DNA from: Gracilinanus agilis
Lineage: Eukaryota
Length of the DNA stretch: 58,071 nt
Reading direction: 5' to 3'
NCBI RefSeq assembly: GCF_016433145.1
Contig: NC_058132.1
Span: forward strand, 88,863,392-88,921,462
Shown: in pieces, positions 24,853-35,700 of the stretch
Layout of the letters: the number at the start of each line of letters is the position of its first letter
How positions within the stretch are numbered: the first letter of the stretch is position 1
Notes under the pieces: model-generated
What the model saw: only the letters and a program-made list of their open reading frames with translations
Databases searched by the model: none
Told to the model about the DNA's origin: nothing
Position numbers and translations under genes: made by a program

Positions 24853-25815
24853 TTAACAAGATTTTGTAAGGTGGAAAAGTCCTAGTACTCGCACTCGTAT
24901 CTCTGTGGTCCTCACCCCATAGACAATGGGGTTCATCGTAGGGGGCACCAGCAGATAAAGGTTGGCAAGAAGGATGTGGGCATGATGGGGAACATGGGGA
25001 CCAAAGCGGTGAGTGAAGAAAGAAAAGAAGGCCAAGGTGTAGAAAACGAGGATAACACAAATATGTGTCCCACATGTTCCAAAGGCCTTTGCCCGGGCTT
25101 CACCTGAGGACAGTCCCAATATTGCTCTGAAGATTAGCCCGTAGGAGACAGCAATGAGGATGAAGTCCAGGCCTGTGGTAAGGAATGCTGCTGTAAGTCC
25201 ATAGACACTATTGAGTGTGATACTGGCACAGGCCAGCTTGGCTATGCCCATGTTCTCACAGTAGGTGTGAGGGATGACATTGGTCCGGCAAAATGGCAGG
25301 CGGAGGATGAGGAGGACACCAGGAATAACCACAACCACACTCCGAGCCACTAGGACCAACCCCATCTTTCCAATGATAGAAGTAGTGAGTAGCGAAGTAT
25401 AGTGGAGAGGGGTACAGATGGCAACGTAGCGGTCATAAGCCATGGCAAGGAGTACAGCTGACTCTGAGAGGAACAAAGCGTGAACAAAGAACATCTGAGT
25501 GAGGCAGGCTGCAAAAGTAGATGTAGTTGGACCCTTCCAGAAGATAACAAGCATTTTGGGGACAGTGACTGTGCAGAGGATGATATCATTGAGTGCCAAC
25601 ATAGCCAAGAAGAGGTACATGGGTTCATGGAGATTCCGGTCCCCAGCTACCACCACCATCACCAGCGCATTACCCACCACAGCCAGAAGATACATGAGGA
25701 AAAAGGGGATGGAGATCCACACATGGACTGCCTCCAGCCCTGGCACACCAGTGAGCAGGAAGGCCAAAGGCTGAGTGGAAGTGTGATTGGGTTCCAGGAG
25801 AGCAAAAGAACCAAT
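24853..25815 (-). CDS. Class I olfactory receptor, OR52 family: open, motif-complete frame (320 codons from ATT) lacking an ATG before TM1
   Basis: LHEPMYLFL, MAYDRYVAIC, HTYCENM, KAFGTCGTH, HRFG, PPTMNPIVYGVRT, and an NHT sequon. The track start at 25872 is TTG inside a polypyrimidine tract. ATT sits at 25815-25813 where an ATG is expected. Functional status is uncertain. Confidence 0.8.
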   Translation of the reverse strand: MGSFALLEPNHTSTQPLAFLLTGVPGLEAVHVWISIPFFLMYLLAVVGNALVMVVVAGDRNLHEPMYLFLAMLALNDIILCTVTVPKMLVIFWKGPTTSTFAACLTQMFFVHALFLSESAVLLAMAYDRYVAICTPLHYTSLLTTSIIGKMGLVLVARSVVVVIPGVLLILRLPFCRTNVIPHTYCENMGIAKLACASITLNSVYGLTAAFLTTGLDFILIAVSYGLIFRAILGLSSGEARAKAFGTCGTHICVILVFYTLAFFSFFTHRFGPHVPHHAHILLANLYLLVPPTMNPIVYGVRTTEIRVRVLGLFHLTKSC

Positions 25816-25817
25816 TT

Positions 25818-25872
25818 CTGTGACACAGGATGGAGAAATCACAGAAGAAGTAAGTGAGGAGAGAATTAGCAA
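25818..25872 (-). promoter_or_regulatory. Splice acceptor (branch point, polypyrimidine tract, CAG) of the OR52 coding exon
   Basis: Minus strand ttgCTAATtctctcctcacttacttcttctgtgatttctccatcctgtgtcaCAG|aaattgg; AG at 25819-25818. Confidence 0.75.
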
Positions 25873-25992
25873 TCACAGAATCAAAAAGTAGAAAGGAAAC
25901 ACACAGGTACTCTAGATATTCCAACATTAACAGATATTTTCTCAGCTGGATACCAAGAAAGTAGTGTTTAAGCCACTTACTTGAAGACATAT

Positions 25993-26614
25993 TGATCCCA
26001 CTGTCTCTTAGGTAGTATTATGAGGAAGAGTTTAGGCATTTAGTGACATTAGCATCCAGGCTGTCAGGCTGTCTCTAAGGACCTGGGAGTTTCAACCATG
26101 GAATGAAGAGAAGAGAACTGCTGCCTTGAGGGACTCTGGAGAAGGCTGAGACAGCGAGAGTGTGTGGATGCTTTTACCTATACCACTGAAGAGCCCAAGT
26201 AGTGTGGATTTAACACAGAGAAGAAAGACATGCCAGTGAAAGATCAAATGAGCAAGAAGATCTAACTGAGGTGATAGACATCCCAGTCTGAGTCAAGCTC
26301 CTTAATTTTCCTTTTCTTCAATTTACCTTACTGTGAACCTGTTTTCCCATAACCATCAAGAGAAGTGGACAAAATCTGTGAGAGATCCAATGCTTTTCCA
26401 AACTGTGTTGGAGTCTATGTTAGAGCAGTGTAGTTGTTGACCTATCTCTCAGCCCTTGTCTTTGTCTTTTAGTGTTCTAGGTTTAGTGTGCTCTCTCCCC
26501 GTTATCCCTAACTCCTAGTCTTTATTAAACTTGTGTTTTATAATTCTTTTGTCCCAGTCTTACTGCTGTTTGTTGGTTTCATAGACTTCCAGGTTAGGTG
26601 GATCTGAGATGACA
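25993..26614 (+). mobile_element. Solo-LTR-like element immediately 5' of the OR52 coding exon
   Basis: TG...GACA ends, ATTAAA at about 26524 followed by a T-rich U5-like tract. TSD not found. Confidence 0.45.
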
Positions 26615-26759
26615 ATTGGTATCAATTGTCATTTCAAGATTCCCCATACCCTGTATTTTGGTGTGCTTTGTGTTTCCCCAATTTGTTGGTTTCCAGTCTG
26701 TTATCCCTGACCTAATCTTACCTCCTGTTCCTCACTCTTTAAATGCAGTAATTATAAAG

Positions 26760-26960
26760 TTACTTATAAGAGTAGTCAATTCAACCATAAAGAAACAATT
26801 AGTTTTAGGGTTCTTCCCCACTAAGCTTAAGCCCAAACCTAGTTCTCTGCTATTTCTATCTATGATTTCTAGATTTGTCCCTCTGGGACCAAGCAGAGCA
26901 AATTTAATCACTCTTCCACATATCAGTGCTTTCAATATCCTAATACTATGTGCCCAAGAT
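26760..26960 (-). mobile_element. CR1/L3 3' fragment
   Basis: Minus strand atgtggaagagtgattaaatttgctctgcttggtcccagaggg resembles the CR1 C-terminal region. Confidence 0.5.
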
Positions 26961-27199
26961 AAGCTAGGAAATAGATGTCTAAGATAATTGAGAAGGTTGT
27001 AAGATAACCTAACTATACTCCTAATTGACCTTATTGTCATCATAGAACTTAAACAGAACACTATCTCTGGAGTCCGAGAACTTGGATTCAAATCTTACCT
27101 CTTTATAGCCTGCATGAGATTCACTTTATCTCCCTAGGTCCAAGTGTTCTAATTTCTGAAATGCTAGGAGGTGAAAGATGTCAGAATAAGTGAACTAGA

Positions 27200-27360
27200 T
27201 CAACTAGTAAGTATTTTTGTCTCGTGGACCCCTTTTGAATTCTGGTGAAGACTGTGGACTTCTCAAAATAATAATGTGTAAAAATACAAAGGAAATTAGT
27301 TATATTAAAATAAGTATCAAAATAGGGGGAAAACAGTCAGTCACCAGGTTAAGTATCCCG
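27200..27360 (+). mobile_element. Degraded hAT-type MITE fragment
   Basis: tttttgtctcgtggacccc...ctggtgaagactgtggac...ccaggttaagtatccc. A related antisense piece lies at about 39170-39245. Confidence 0.45.
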
Positions 27361-28133
27361 ATCCAGTTGGTTTCTAAAGTCCCTTGTACCACTAGGTCTA
27401 TGAATATGAGGCATTAAGTAAAGATAAATTAGATCCTAAAGTTGTGAAAGAATTTACTGATGAAAATGGTAAATCACTACAGTGAGCTTTGAAGGATTAT
27501 GTGTTATAGGAGATACTACCTGCTTGGAGAAGGACAAATGTCCTGTTTTAAAAAAAAAAAAAAGAGGTGAGTAGAGTTTGTAAACTGGCAAGGGGCTTCA
27601 TTTTGTTTCTTCATGTGATTCTAAAATAGATTATCAAAGGATTGATAAATAGATTATAGAAAAGAAACAATGATCATAATAAGGAAAGAAAAAAACTTTC
27701 TAAAGGGCAAGTAATTCCAGACAAAGCTTAGTTCTATTTTTACAGAGCTACTAGGGCAAGATATTGGAAGAATTTTTCCCTCTATATATGATTTTTGTTA
27801 TGTATATGATACAAACTAACATAAATGCTATGGAGCATGGTTTGGTGTTATATATAAATACGAACTATGTGTGCACATTTGCATACCTACCTGCAAAACT
27901 AAGTACACAAAATTTAATCCAAAAACTGATGCCTTAAAAATAAAGTAAAAACTAAGACTGAACACTGTAATTAAAAAAAAAAAAGCAAAAGGAGCATCTT
28001 GTGTACATATTTAAGTATTTAAAATGAAAACAGTCATTACCACAAAACTAGTCTAAACTGTATTGTTTATATGCAAAAAACCCAAAACAAACAAACGAAA
28101 AACTCCTGAGTCTCTGCTCCAAACTTTTCTTAC

Positions 28134-28330
28134 CTCCTTGCAGAAGTTTGAAGAGGTCTAGCCTGTCCTGTGTTTGGCTCAAAGCCAATCCCCAGAGTTA
28201 AGGCATGTACTTTTCTTTGAGAGTGATAAATACTTTTTCAATCAGTTATATTTCCTGTCCTTTTAGGATCTTGGTCAGAAAAGTGTATGACAAAGAATAA
28301 AGATTCCTGGTCAATTAAACTGTCTGAGTC
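28134..28330 (-). promoter_or_regulatory. Candidate 5' exon and promoter of the OR52 gene at 24853-25815
   Basis: Strong donor GAG|GTAAGA (GT at 28133-28132), O/E-like TCCCCAGAG at 28189-28197, homeodomain-type TAATTG (minus) at 28317-28312, in non-repeat sequence. Inference only. Confidence 0.45.
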
Positions 28331-30502
28331 TCAGAAACTTTCTAAGGAAGAACAGATACAGGGAGGGCTATTTTGCATCTGAAGATTTTATCTTTTGCAT
28401 TTCTTTTCTGACCTTAATTTTTTGCTGGAGTCACTGGGACATAAATATTTTATATGTAATATTTAAAAGGACTAAATATAACACCTAAATTTGTGGTTTA
28501 AACATCAACTTCAAAAAATAGAAGTTTAGCTATTTACATTCATTTCAAAAGAAGTTTAGATTCATTTAAAAAAATTGTGGAGTTTTATTGATATATAAAT
28601 TCAAGATAAGTAAGCAGCAAAATATGTTATTTAAAAATCAGGCTATGTTAAGAGAAGAGTTATTAAGAGTTATTAAGAATATAATTGTTTTGTTCTGATG
28701 TTTTTAGTCACGTCTCTCTCTTTGTGACACTATTTGGGATTTTCTTGGAAAAGATGAGAGTGGTTTGCCACTTCCTTTCCCAGTTCATTTTACAGAGAAG
28801 GAAACTTAGATGGATTTTAGTTGTTTAGTACCTAGAGCAATGGAATCAAACTCAAATAGAAAGGAGTCCACCAATCTACTTATAAGGATTCCTATGAGTC
28901 ACATAATGACACTGTAAAATCTATTTTATCAAATTTTTATTTATATATATTATACATTTCCCAATTACATATTTATCTGTTTCAGACTGCACTGAAGCTC
29001 TAAAGAAAATGAGGGAATTAAGGGGATTAGGACTGCAAATGGTTAATTGTGAGAACTGAGTGAACCATACTAGCAGTATCTTGTGACTCAGTTCTAGAGA
29101 TAGCTTAGTTCACTTTCTTTTCAGTTATGGGTCTTATCCAATTTCTGTCTTGTGAGAAAATTATTAAATTGTGGGAATTGGTAGAGAAAATCTTACTTCA
29201 TTGTTTGAACAGAGCCATGTGTGGCTGGGAAACTGCGTCACCTTTCCCTGCTCTTTAGAGATCCTTAACTAAGGACCTAGGTTATGCAGACCAGAAAGTC
29301 AGTCAGACCCAATGACAGATGCAAGGATTTTTCTCACTATTGTACATGTCACACAACCCATATATCTTATCTGAAAAATGGCCAAATCAACATTCAGTGA
29401 TAGTTCCTACGATCCATTGATTATTTAATTATAATTTTGGATAGCAGAAATATTTAATTTTTATCAATTCAGGAAATTGAACCTGTTTTCTCTCCCATTC
29501 CCATCCTGTAAAGTTCTTAATCTTATCCTCCAAATAGAAATCATAATGCCTAATTGTATGTCGTGTACTTTTAATTAATCGTCCTTATTTCCTTCATTGT
29601 TTTTAATATATAAAATCTATCTACTCCTATGTTTGGGCTCCAACCCTGAAGCTTAGGAAGAGGCCTGATCCTGGTTTCTTAGGCAGTTGGCGTGAATGCT
29701 TAATGAATAAAAATGCTTGAAAGATCAATCTTTTTTTCCTCAGTTATTTCATCTTTCCCTCCCCATAGAGCTGTTGCTCTTGGTTACCTAACCAGTATGG
29801 GTCAGAGGAAAGACTCAAAAACTCATGTCTTTTGGGCTTCTCCAGATGCTTTCTATGATAAAGAAAATATTGTCCTGTCTTTAAACATATCGATAGAATA
29901 TTCACCTAGTTTCTATTAGCTTACTCTCCTATGTTCACATTTCACGAGTATTGACAGGATAGAACAACTCCTATGTGCATTACATTTTCTGCTCTTCCCA
30001 GCTAAGAGTCAAAAAAGTCAGATGGGAGAAAATGATTAGTCTGGCCAGGGAAAGGTAGCCTAAACGTCAGGGAACTGATGAAGATTATCTTCAGGGACTC
30101 CCCAAACATCTTGACTTATTCCCCAAATCAAGTAGAGTTAAAAGATCAGAAAATACCTTTTAATTGCATTGCTTTCCCAACCATTTGGCAAAGAAATCAG
30201 TTGAGGCACTAAATCTCTCCTTACTTTTAGGATCTGAGATGCTCCAAAGCCAATTGCTAGTGAAACAACTATAAGTAAGAGAAGATATGTGCTTTTTGTG
30301 TGTCGGGGTATGTGTCTGTACACTCACATTTTATACACATAGCCTAGAACCTTTCATATCTGAGAGTCATCTGGGAATCACAGCAGATGAATCTCTGAGG
30401 TCATTGCAAGGGAGGACTTCAAGTAAAGCATTATGTAAATTGGCAAGGGAGATGGATGAATATATCTGTCTGTCTGTCTGTCTCCCTTACCAATTTTATA
30501 CA

Positions 30503-31322
30503 GTACTTCTGTCTATATGTGTGTATGTATTTATTATGAGTGTTTATATTTTATATCTACATATAGGTACGTGCATTGCCAGTTTATACTATTGTGGTTC
30601 ACTTATGTCTGACACTTCATGACCCCACCATGGGGTTTTCTTGGCAAAGATACTGGAGTGCTTTGCCATTTCCTCCTTCAGCGGATTAAAGGAAATAGAT
30701 TACAGCTAATAAGAATGTAAGGTCAAATTTGAACTGAGATCTTCCTGACTCCAGAGCCAGAACTCTATCCATTGAACCAGTTTGCTACCTAAAATTTATA
30801 CTCTCTGTGTCTCTTGTTGTCTTCTCTCTCTGCCCTTCTTTCTTTTTGTCAATCTCTCTTTCCTCTCTCTCACTAATATATATATATATATATATATGCA
30901 TATATATATATAACNGTACTTCTGTCTATATGTGTGTATGTATTTATTATGAGTGTTTATATTTTATATCTACAAATAGGTACGTGCATTGCCAGTTTAT
31001 ACTATTGTGGTTCACTTATGTCTGACACTTCATGACCCCACCATGGGGTTTTCTTGGCAAAGATACTGGAGTGCTTTGCCATTTCCTCCTTCAGTGGATT
31101 AAAGGAAATAGATTACAGCTAATAAGAATGTAAGGTCAAATTTGAACTGAGATCTTCCTGACTCCAGAGCCAGAACTCTATCCATTGAACCAGTTTGCTA
31201 CCTAAAATTTATACTCTCTGTGTCTCTTGTTGTCTTCTCTCTCTGCCCTTCTTTTTGTCAATCTCTCTTTCCTCTCTCTCACTAATATATATATATATAT
31301 ATATATATGCATATATATAACT
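30503..31322 (+). repeat. Two near-identical about 410-bp copies joined at a single N (30915); each contains a MAR1-type SINE on -
   Basis: 30503-30914 versus 30916 to about 31322. They differ by a couple of substitutions, a 4-bp indel and (TA)n length. Likely an unmerged contig overlap. Confidence 0.9.
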
Positions 31323-32103
31323 AATTAACTGATCTATATAAAGAGAAATATATATATATATATTTTCCTTTTTATTATTAATGTCACTATCCTCTCCTCT
31401 TGTATCATAATCTTTTCACTTTTTATCTTCCTGGTTGCTCTCATTTGTCTGTTGTTCAGTTTTTCATGTGATATCCTTCTTAAAATTTACAAGTGTGTAT
31501 GTATGTGTATGTGTATTCTTGTATTTGCAAAAGCATCTCTATACTTGGTCACATTGAAACTCTCTGGGCTCTTCAAACATTCTTGAGATTGAGACGATCA
31601 GCCTGCAGCTAATATCTCTTAGCTCCATTTTTTATTAACCCTCAAAATGTTCATGCATGGCCCTCTCTCCATCTTAGGTATCATTGCTAAAAATCTTACT
31701 GTGATAAAAAAACTGGTCATATTTTACTGTATTAGATTAAATGAATTACTTTCTACTCAGCTTTATCCCTCATCCTCTGGTCCCATTCTGCTCAGATCCT
31801 TCACTAAACTCATAAACCATGTATGCTCATGTTCTCCTGAATTTCATAACAATCTTTTGTGTTCCTCTGGTAAGTAACTGAGACCTGGAATCCATCCATT
31901 GACTGGGAACAGAGAAGTAGGAGTGTATTGGCAAGGAGATTTAAATATCAAGATGGAGGGAACTGTTTTATTTCTAATAAATACTAACCTTAAGGAAATA
32001 GAGGGAGGGAAAGGTAGTATCACAAAGTAAACAGAACACTGGACTCAGGACTCAGAAGATCTGGCATCTACTCCCAGTTGTTTTGTTTTTTGTTTTTTGC
32101 TTA

Positions 32104-32355
32104 TTATTTGTGTTTTCCTAGTTTTCTACACATTGGCCTTCCTTTCTTTCTTTATCCACTGCTTTGGTCCCCATGTTCCCCATCATGCCCATACCTTTAT
32201 TGCAAACGTTATTGGTTGGTCTTCCCTATTATGAAGCCCACTGTCTATGGGGTAAAGACCACAGAGATATGCATGTGAGTATCAGGGCTTTTTCACCAGA
32301 CAAAATCTTGTTAACACACATGTGACACAGTTCAGAGAAACTCAATGTAGATTCA
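32104..32355 (+). pseudogene. OR52 pseudogene fragment (TM6-TM7, stop and proximal 3' flank), inverted copy of the gene at 24853-25815
   Basis: 31-bp exact match gctttggtccccatgttccccatcatgccca, shared end acaaaatcttgttaa (stop ends 32314) and shared flank ttcagagaaactca.tgtagattc. Carries a 1-bp deletion and HRF changed to HCF. Confidence 0.9.
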
Positions 32356-32780
32356 AATTGATAAAATCTCAGGGGCACACAAAATGAATTTTTCTCTTCT
32401 AAATTCCAAGAAAATTAAATTTTGATTTAATAATTGTATTATTGATTTAAAAATCATTAATGAATTAAATTTTTTCATTGCATACATAAATTCTCTATTT
32501 CTTACATAAGCCTCTTTTTTATAGTGCATTTTCCCAGTATTACATGAATGTAGTTTTTGCTGTAGATATTTCATATCCCACATTAGACTGTAAGTTCCCT
32601 TGGGATAAAGTCAATTTAAATTTCTTGCATTCTTTTATGTTTTCATTATATATATTTTGTTTATATTATATATTTGTATATCATTAGTTGCATGAATTAA
32701 TTATTCATTCTTTCACATAACACAATTAACTAATGTTTCTACATGACTTCCATAAAGTATATGACATAGAAATGAATTCT

Positions 32781-35700
32781 CAACAATAATAGGGAAATAA
32801 GAAGGGAGGGGAGAGAAAAGGAAATACAAGAAGGGAGGGATTAGGGGAACTGATTAAAAACAAAACACTTTTATAGAAAGAAATAGGGAAAGAAGAAAGG
32901 GCAGGACAAGGATAGGGAACCAAAATATCTGGGAATGCACAGTTGATAATTGTAACTCCAAATGTGAATGGGATGAACTTGCCCATAAATGAGAAGCAAA
33001 TAGCAGAGTGGATTAGAAAAAAAAATCCTACCATATGTTGTCTACAAGAAACCCACATGAGGCAGGCAGAAATACATAGAGTAAAAATAAAAGGCTGGAG
33101 TAAAATCTATTGGGCTTCAACTGAGAAAAAGAAGGCAGGAGTTGCAATCATGATTTCTGACAAATACAAAGTAAAAATAGATCTTGTTAAAAGAGATAGG
33201 GAAGGTAATTACATCCTGATAAAAGGAAATATAAACAATGAAGAAATTGCAGTACTCAACATGTATGCACAAATGGTATAGCATCTAAATTTCTAAAGGA
33301 GAAACTGGCAGAGCTCAAGGAGGAAATAGATAATAAAACTATACTAGTAGAAGACCTAAACCATCCATATCAGATCTAGAGAAATCAAACCAAAAAATAA
33401 ATAGGGAAGAGATAAGAGAGGTGAATGAAATACTAGAAAAATTAGAATTGATAGATTTATGGAGGAAAATAAATAGGGACAAAAAGGAATACATCTTCTT
33501 TTCAGAAGCACAAGGCATATTCACAAAGACTGACCATGTACTTGGGCATAGAAACATGGCAAACAAATGCAAAAAAGCAGAAATAATAAATGTAACCTTC
33601 ACAGATCATAATGCAATGAAAATAGTCATTAGCAAGGATACATGGAGAGGCAAACCAAAAACTAATTGGAAATTATAAAATAAGACTCTCCAAAATATGT
33701 TTGTTAAAGAACAAATCATAGAAACAATTAATAATTTCATTCAAGACAATGACAATCATGAGACTTCTTAACAAAACCTATTGGATGCAGCTAAAGCAGT
33801 ACTAAGGGGAATATTTATATCATTGAGTGCATATATTAACAAATTATGGAGGGCAGAGGTTAATGAATTGGGCATGCAACTTAAAAAATTAGAAAACAAG
33901 CAATTTAAAAATCCCCAGATGAAAACTAAATTAGAAAGACTAACAATCAAAGTAAAAGAACTATTGAATTAATAAATAAGACTAGAAGCTGGTATTTTGG
34001 AAAAAAACAGATAAAATAGAAAAAGTACTGGTAAATATAATTTTTAAAAAGGAAGAATAAAACCAAATTAATGGTATCAAAGATGAAAAGTGAGTTCTCA
34101 CATCTAATGAAGAGGAAATTAAGGCAATCATTAAAAATTGTTTTGCCCAGTTATATGGCAATAAATATAGCAATCTAGGTGAGATGGTTGAATATTTACA
34201 AAAATATAAATAGCAGAGAAATAGAATACTTAAATAATCCCATATCAGAAAAAGAAATTGAACAAGCCATCAAAGAACTCAATAAGAAAAATTGCCAGGG
34301 CCTAATGGATTCACAAGTGAATTCTACCAAACATTCAAAGAACAACTAATCCCAATACTATACAATTTGTTGACACAATGAGAAAAAAAAGGAGTTATAC
34401 CAGATTCTTTTTTATGACACTAATATGGTACTGATTCCAAAGTCAGGAAGACCCAAGGATTTGTTCAACATTAGGAAAAGCATTCACATAATTGACTATG
34501 TCAACAAACATACTAAAATCACATGATTATCTCAATAGATGCAGAAAAAGCCTTTGACAAAATACATCACCCATTCCTATTGAAAACATTAGAAAGCATA
34601 GAAATAGAAGGATCTTTCCTAAAAATAATAAACAGTATATATCTAAAACCATCAACAAGCATCATATGTAATGGGGATAAATTAGAAGCCTTCCCAGTAA
34701 GATCATGAGTGAAACAAGGATGCCCATTATCACCTCTATTAAATAACATTGTACTAGAAACACTAGCAGTAGCAATTAGAAAAGAAAAAGAAATTAAAGG
34801 TATTAAAATAGGCAGTGAGGAGACTAAGCTATCACTCTTTGCAGATGATATGATGGTATACGTAAAAAATCCTAGAGAATCCATTAAAAAGCTAGTGGAA
34901 ATAATCAGCAACTTCAGCAAAGTTGCAGGATACAAAATAAGTGCACATAAATCATCAGCATTTCTATATGTTCCCAACACATCTCAGCAGCAAGAGTTAG
35001 AAAAAGAAATACCATTTAAAATCACCCTAGACAATATAAAATATTTAGGAATCTATCTACCAAAACAAACACAGGAATTATACGAAAACAACTATAAAAC
35101 ACTTTCCACACAATTAAAACTAGATCTAAACAACTGGAAAAGCATTGATTGCTCATGGGTAGGACAAGCTAACATAATAAAAATGACCATCCTACCCAAA
35201 TTAATTTACTTATTTAGTGGCATACCTATCAAACTATCAAGAAACTTTTTTACTGCATTGGAAAAAACTATAATAAAGTTCATATGGAAAAACAAAGATC
35301 AAGAATATCAAGGGAAGGGGGCAGCTGGGTAGCTCAGTGGATTGAGAGCCAGGCCTAGAGACAGGAGGTCCAATTTCAAAATCTGACCTCAGACACTTCC
35401 CAGCTGTGTGACCCTGGGCAAGTCACTTGACCCCCATTGCCTAACCTCTCTTCTGCCTTGGAGTCAATATGTAGTATTGATTGATACATAGAGATACAGA
35501 AGGTAAGAGTTTAAAAAAAAGAATATCAAGGGAAATAGTGAAAAGAAAACATGAAAGAAGGTGACCTACCAGTACCAGATATTAAAATGTACCATAAAGC
35601 AGTGGTCATCAAAACAATATGTTACTGGCTAAAAGACAGAAGGGAGGATCAGTGGAATAGACTTGGAGTAAGTGTTGTCAGCAAGACAGTCTATGATAAA

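Noticed and set aside
25861-25872. ORF-track starts of the two minus-strand ORs (25872 and 44293) shown as Met
   Set aside because: Both are TTG codons. The first lies in an intronic pyrimidine tract; the second is superseded by a true ATG at 44266.
25350-25990. Overlapping 90-125-aa ORFs on other frames and strands of the OR genes (also at 911-1105, 16254-16502, 43847-44146)
   Set aside because: Shadow frames of OR coding sequence with no independent protein features.
28121-28129. AAACTTTTC, which I recall as a conserved motif of the class I OR 'J element' enhancer
   Set aside because: A single 9-mer is expected by chance in 58 kb of AT-rich DNA (another copy is antisense at 48602-48610). 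There is no dense homeodomain-site cluster, so no enhancer is called.
30503-31322. Apparent 410-bp tandem duplication
   Set aside because: The only N in the window sits exactly at the junction and the copies differ only by allele-like changes. This is the signature of an unmerged contig overlap rather than a real duplication; spanning long reads would settle it.
34709-35332. 207-aa ORF, the longest non-OR ORF
   Set aside because: A fragment of L1 ORF2 reverse transcriptase ([13 protein letters not shown]) ending in SINE-derived codons; the element has many stops.
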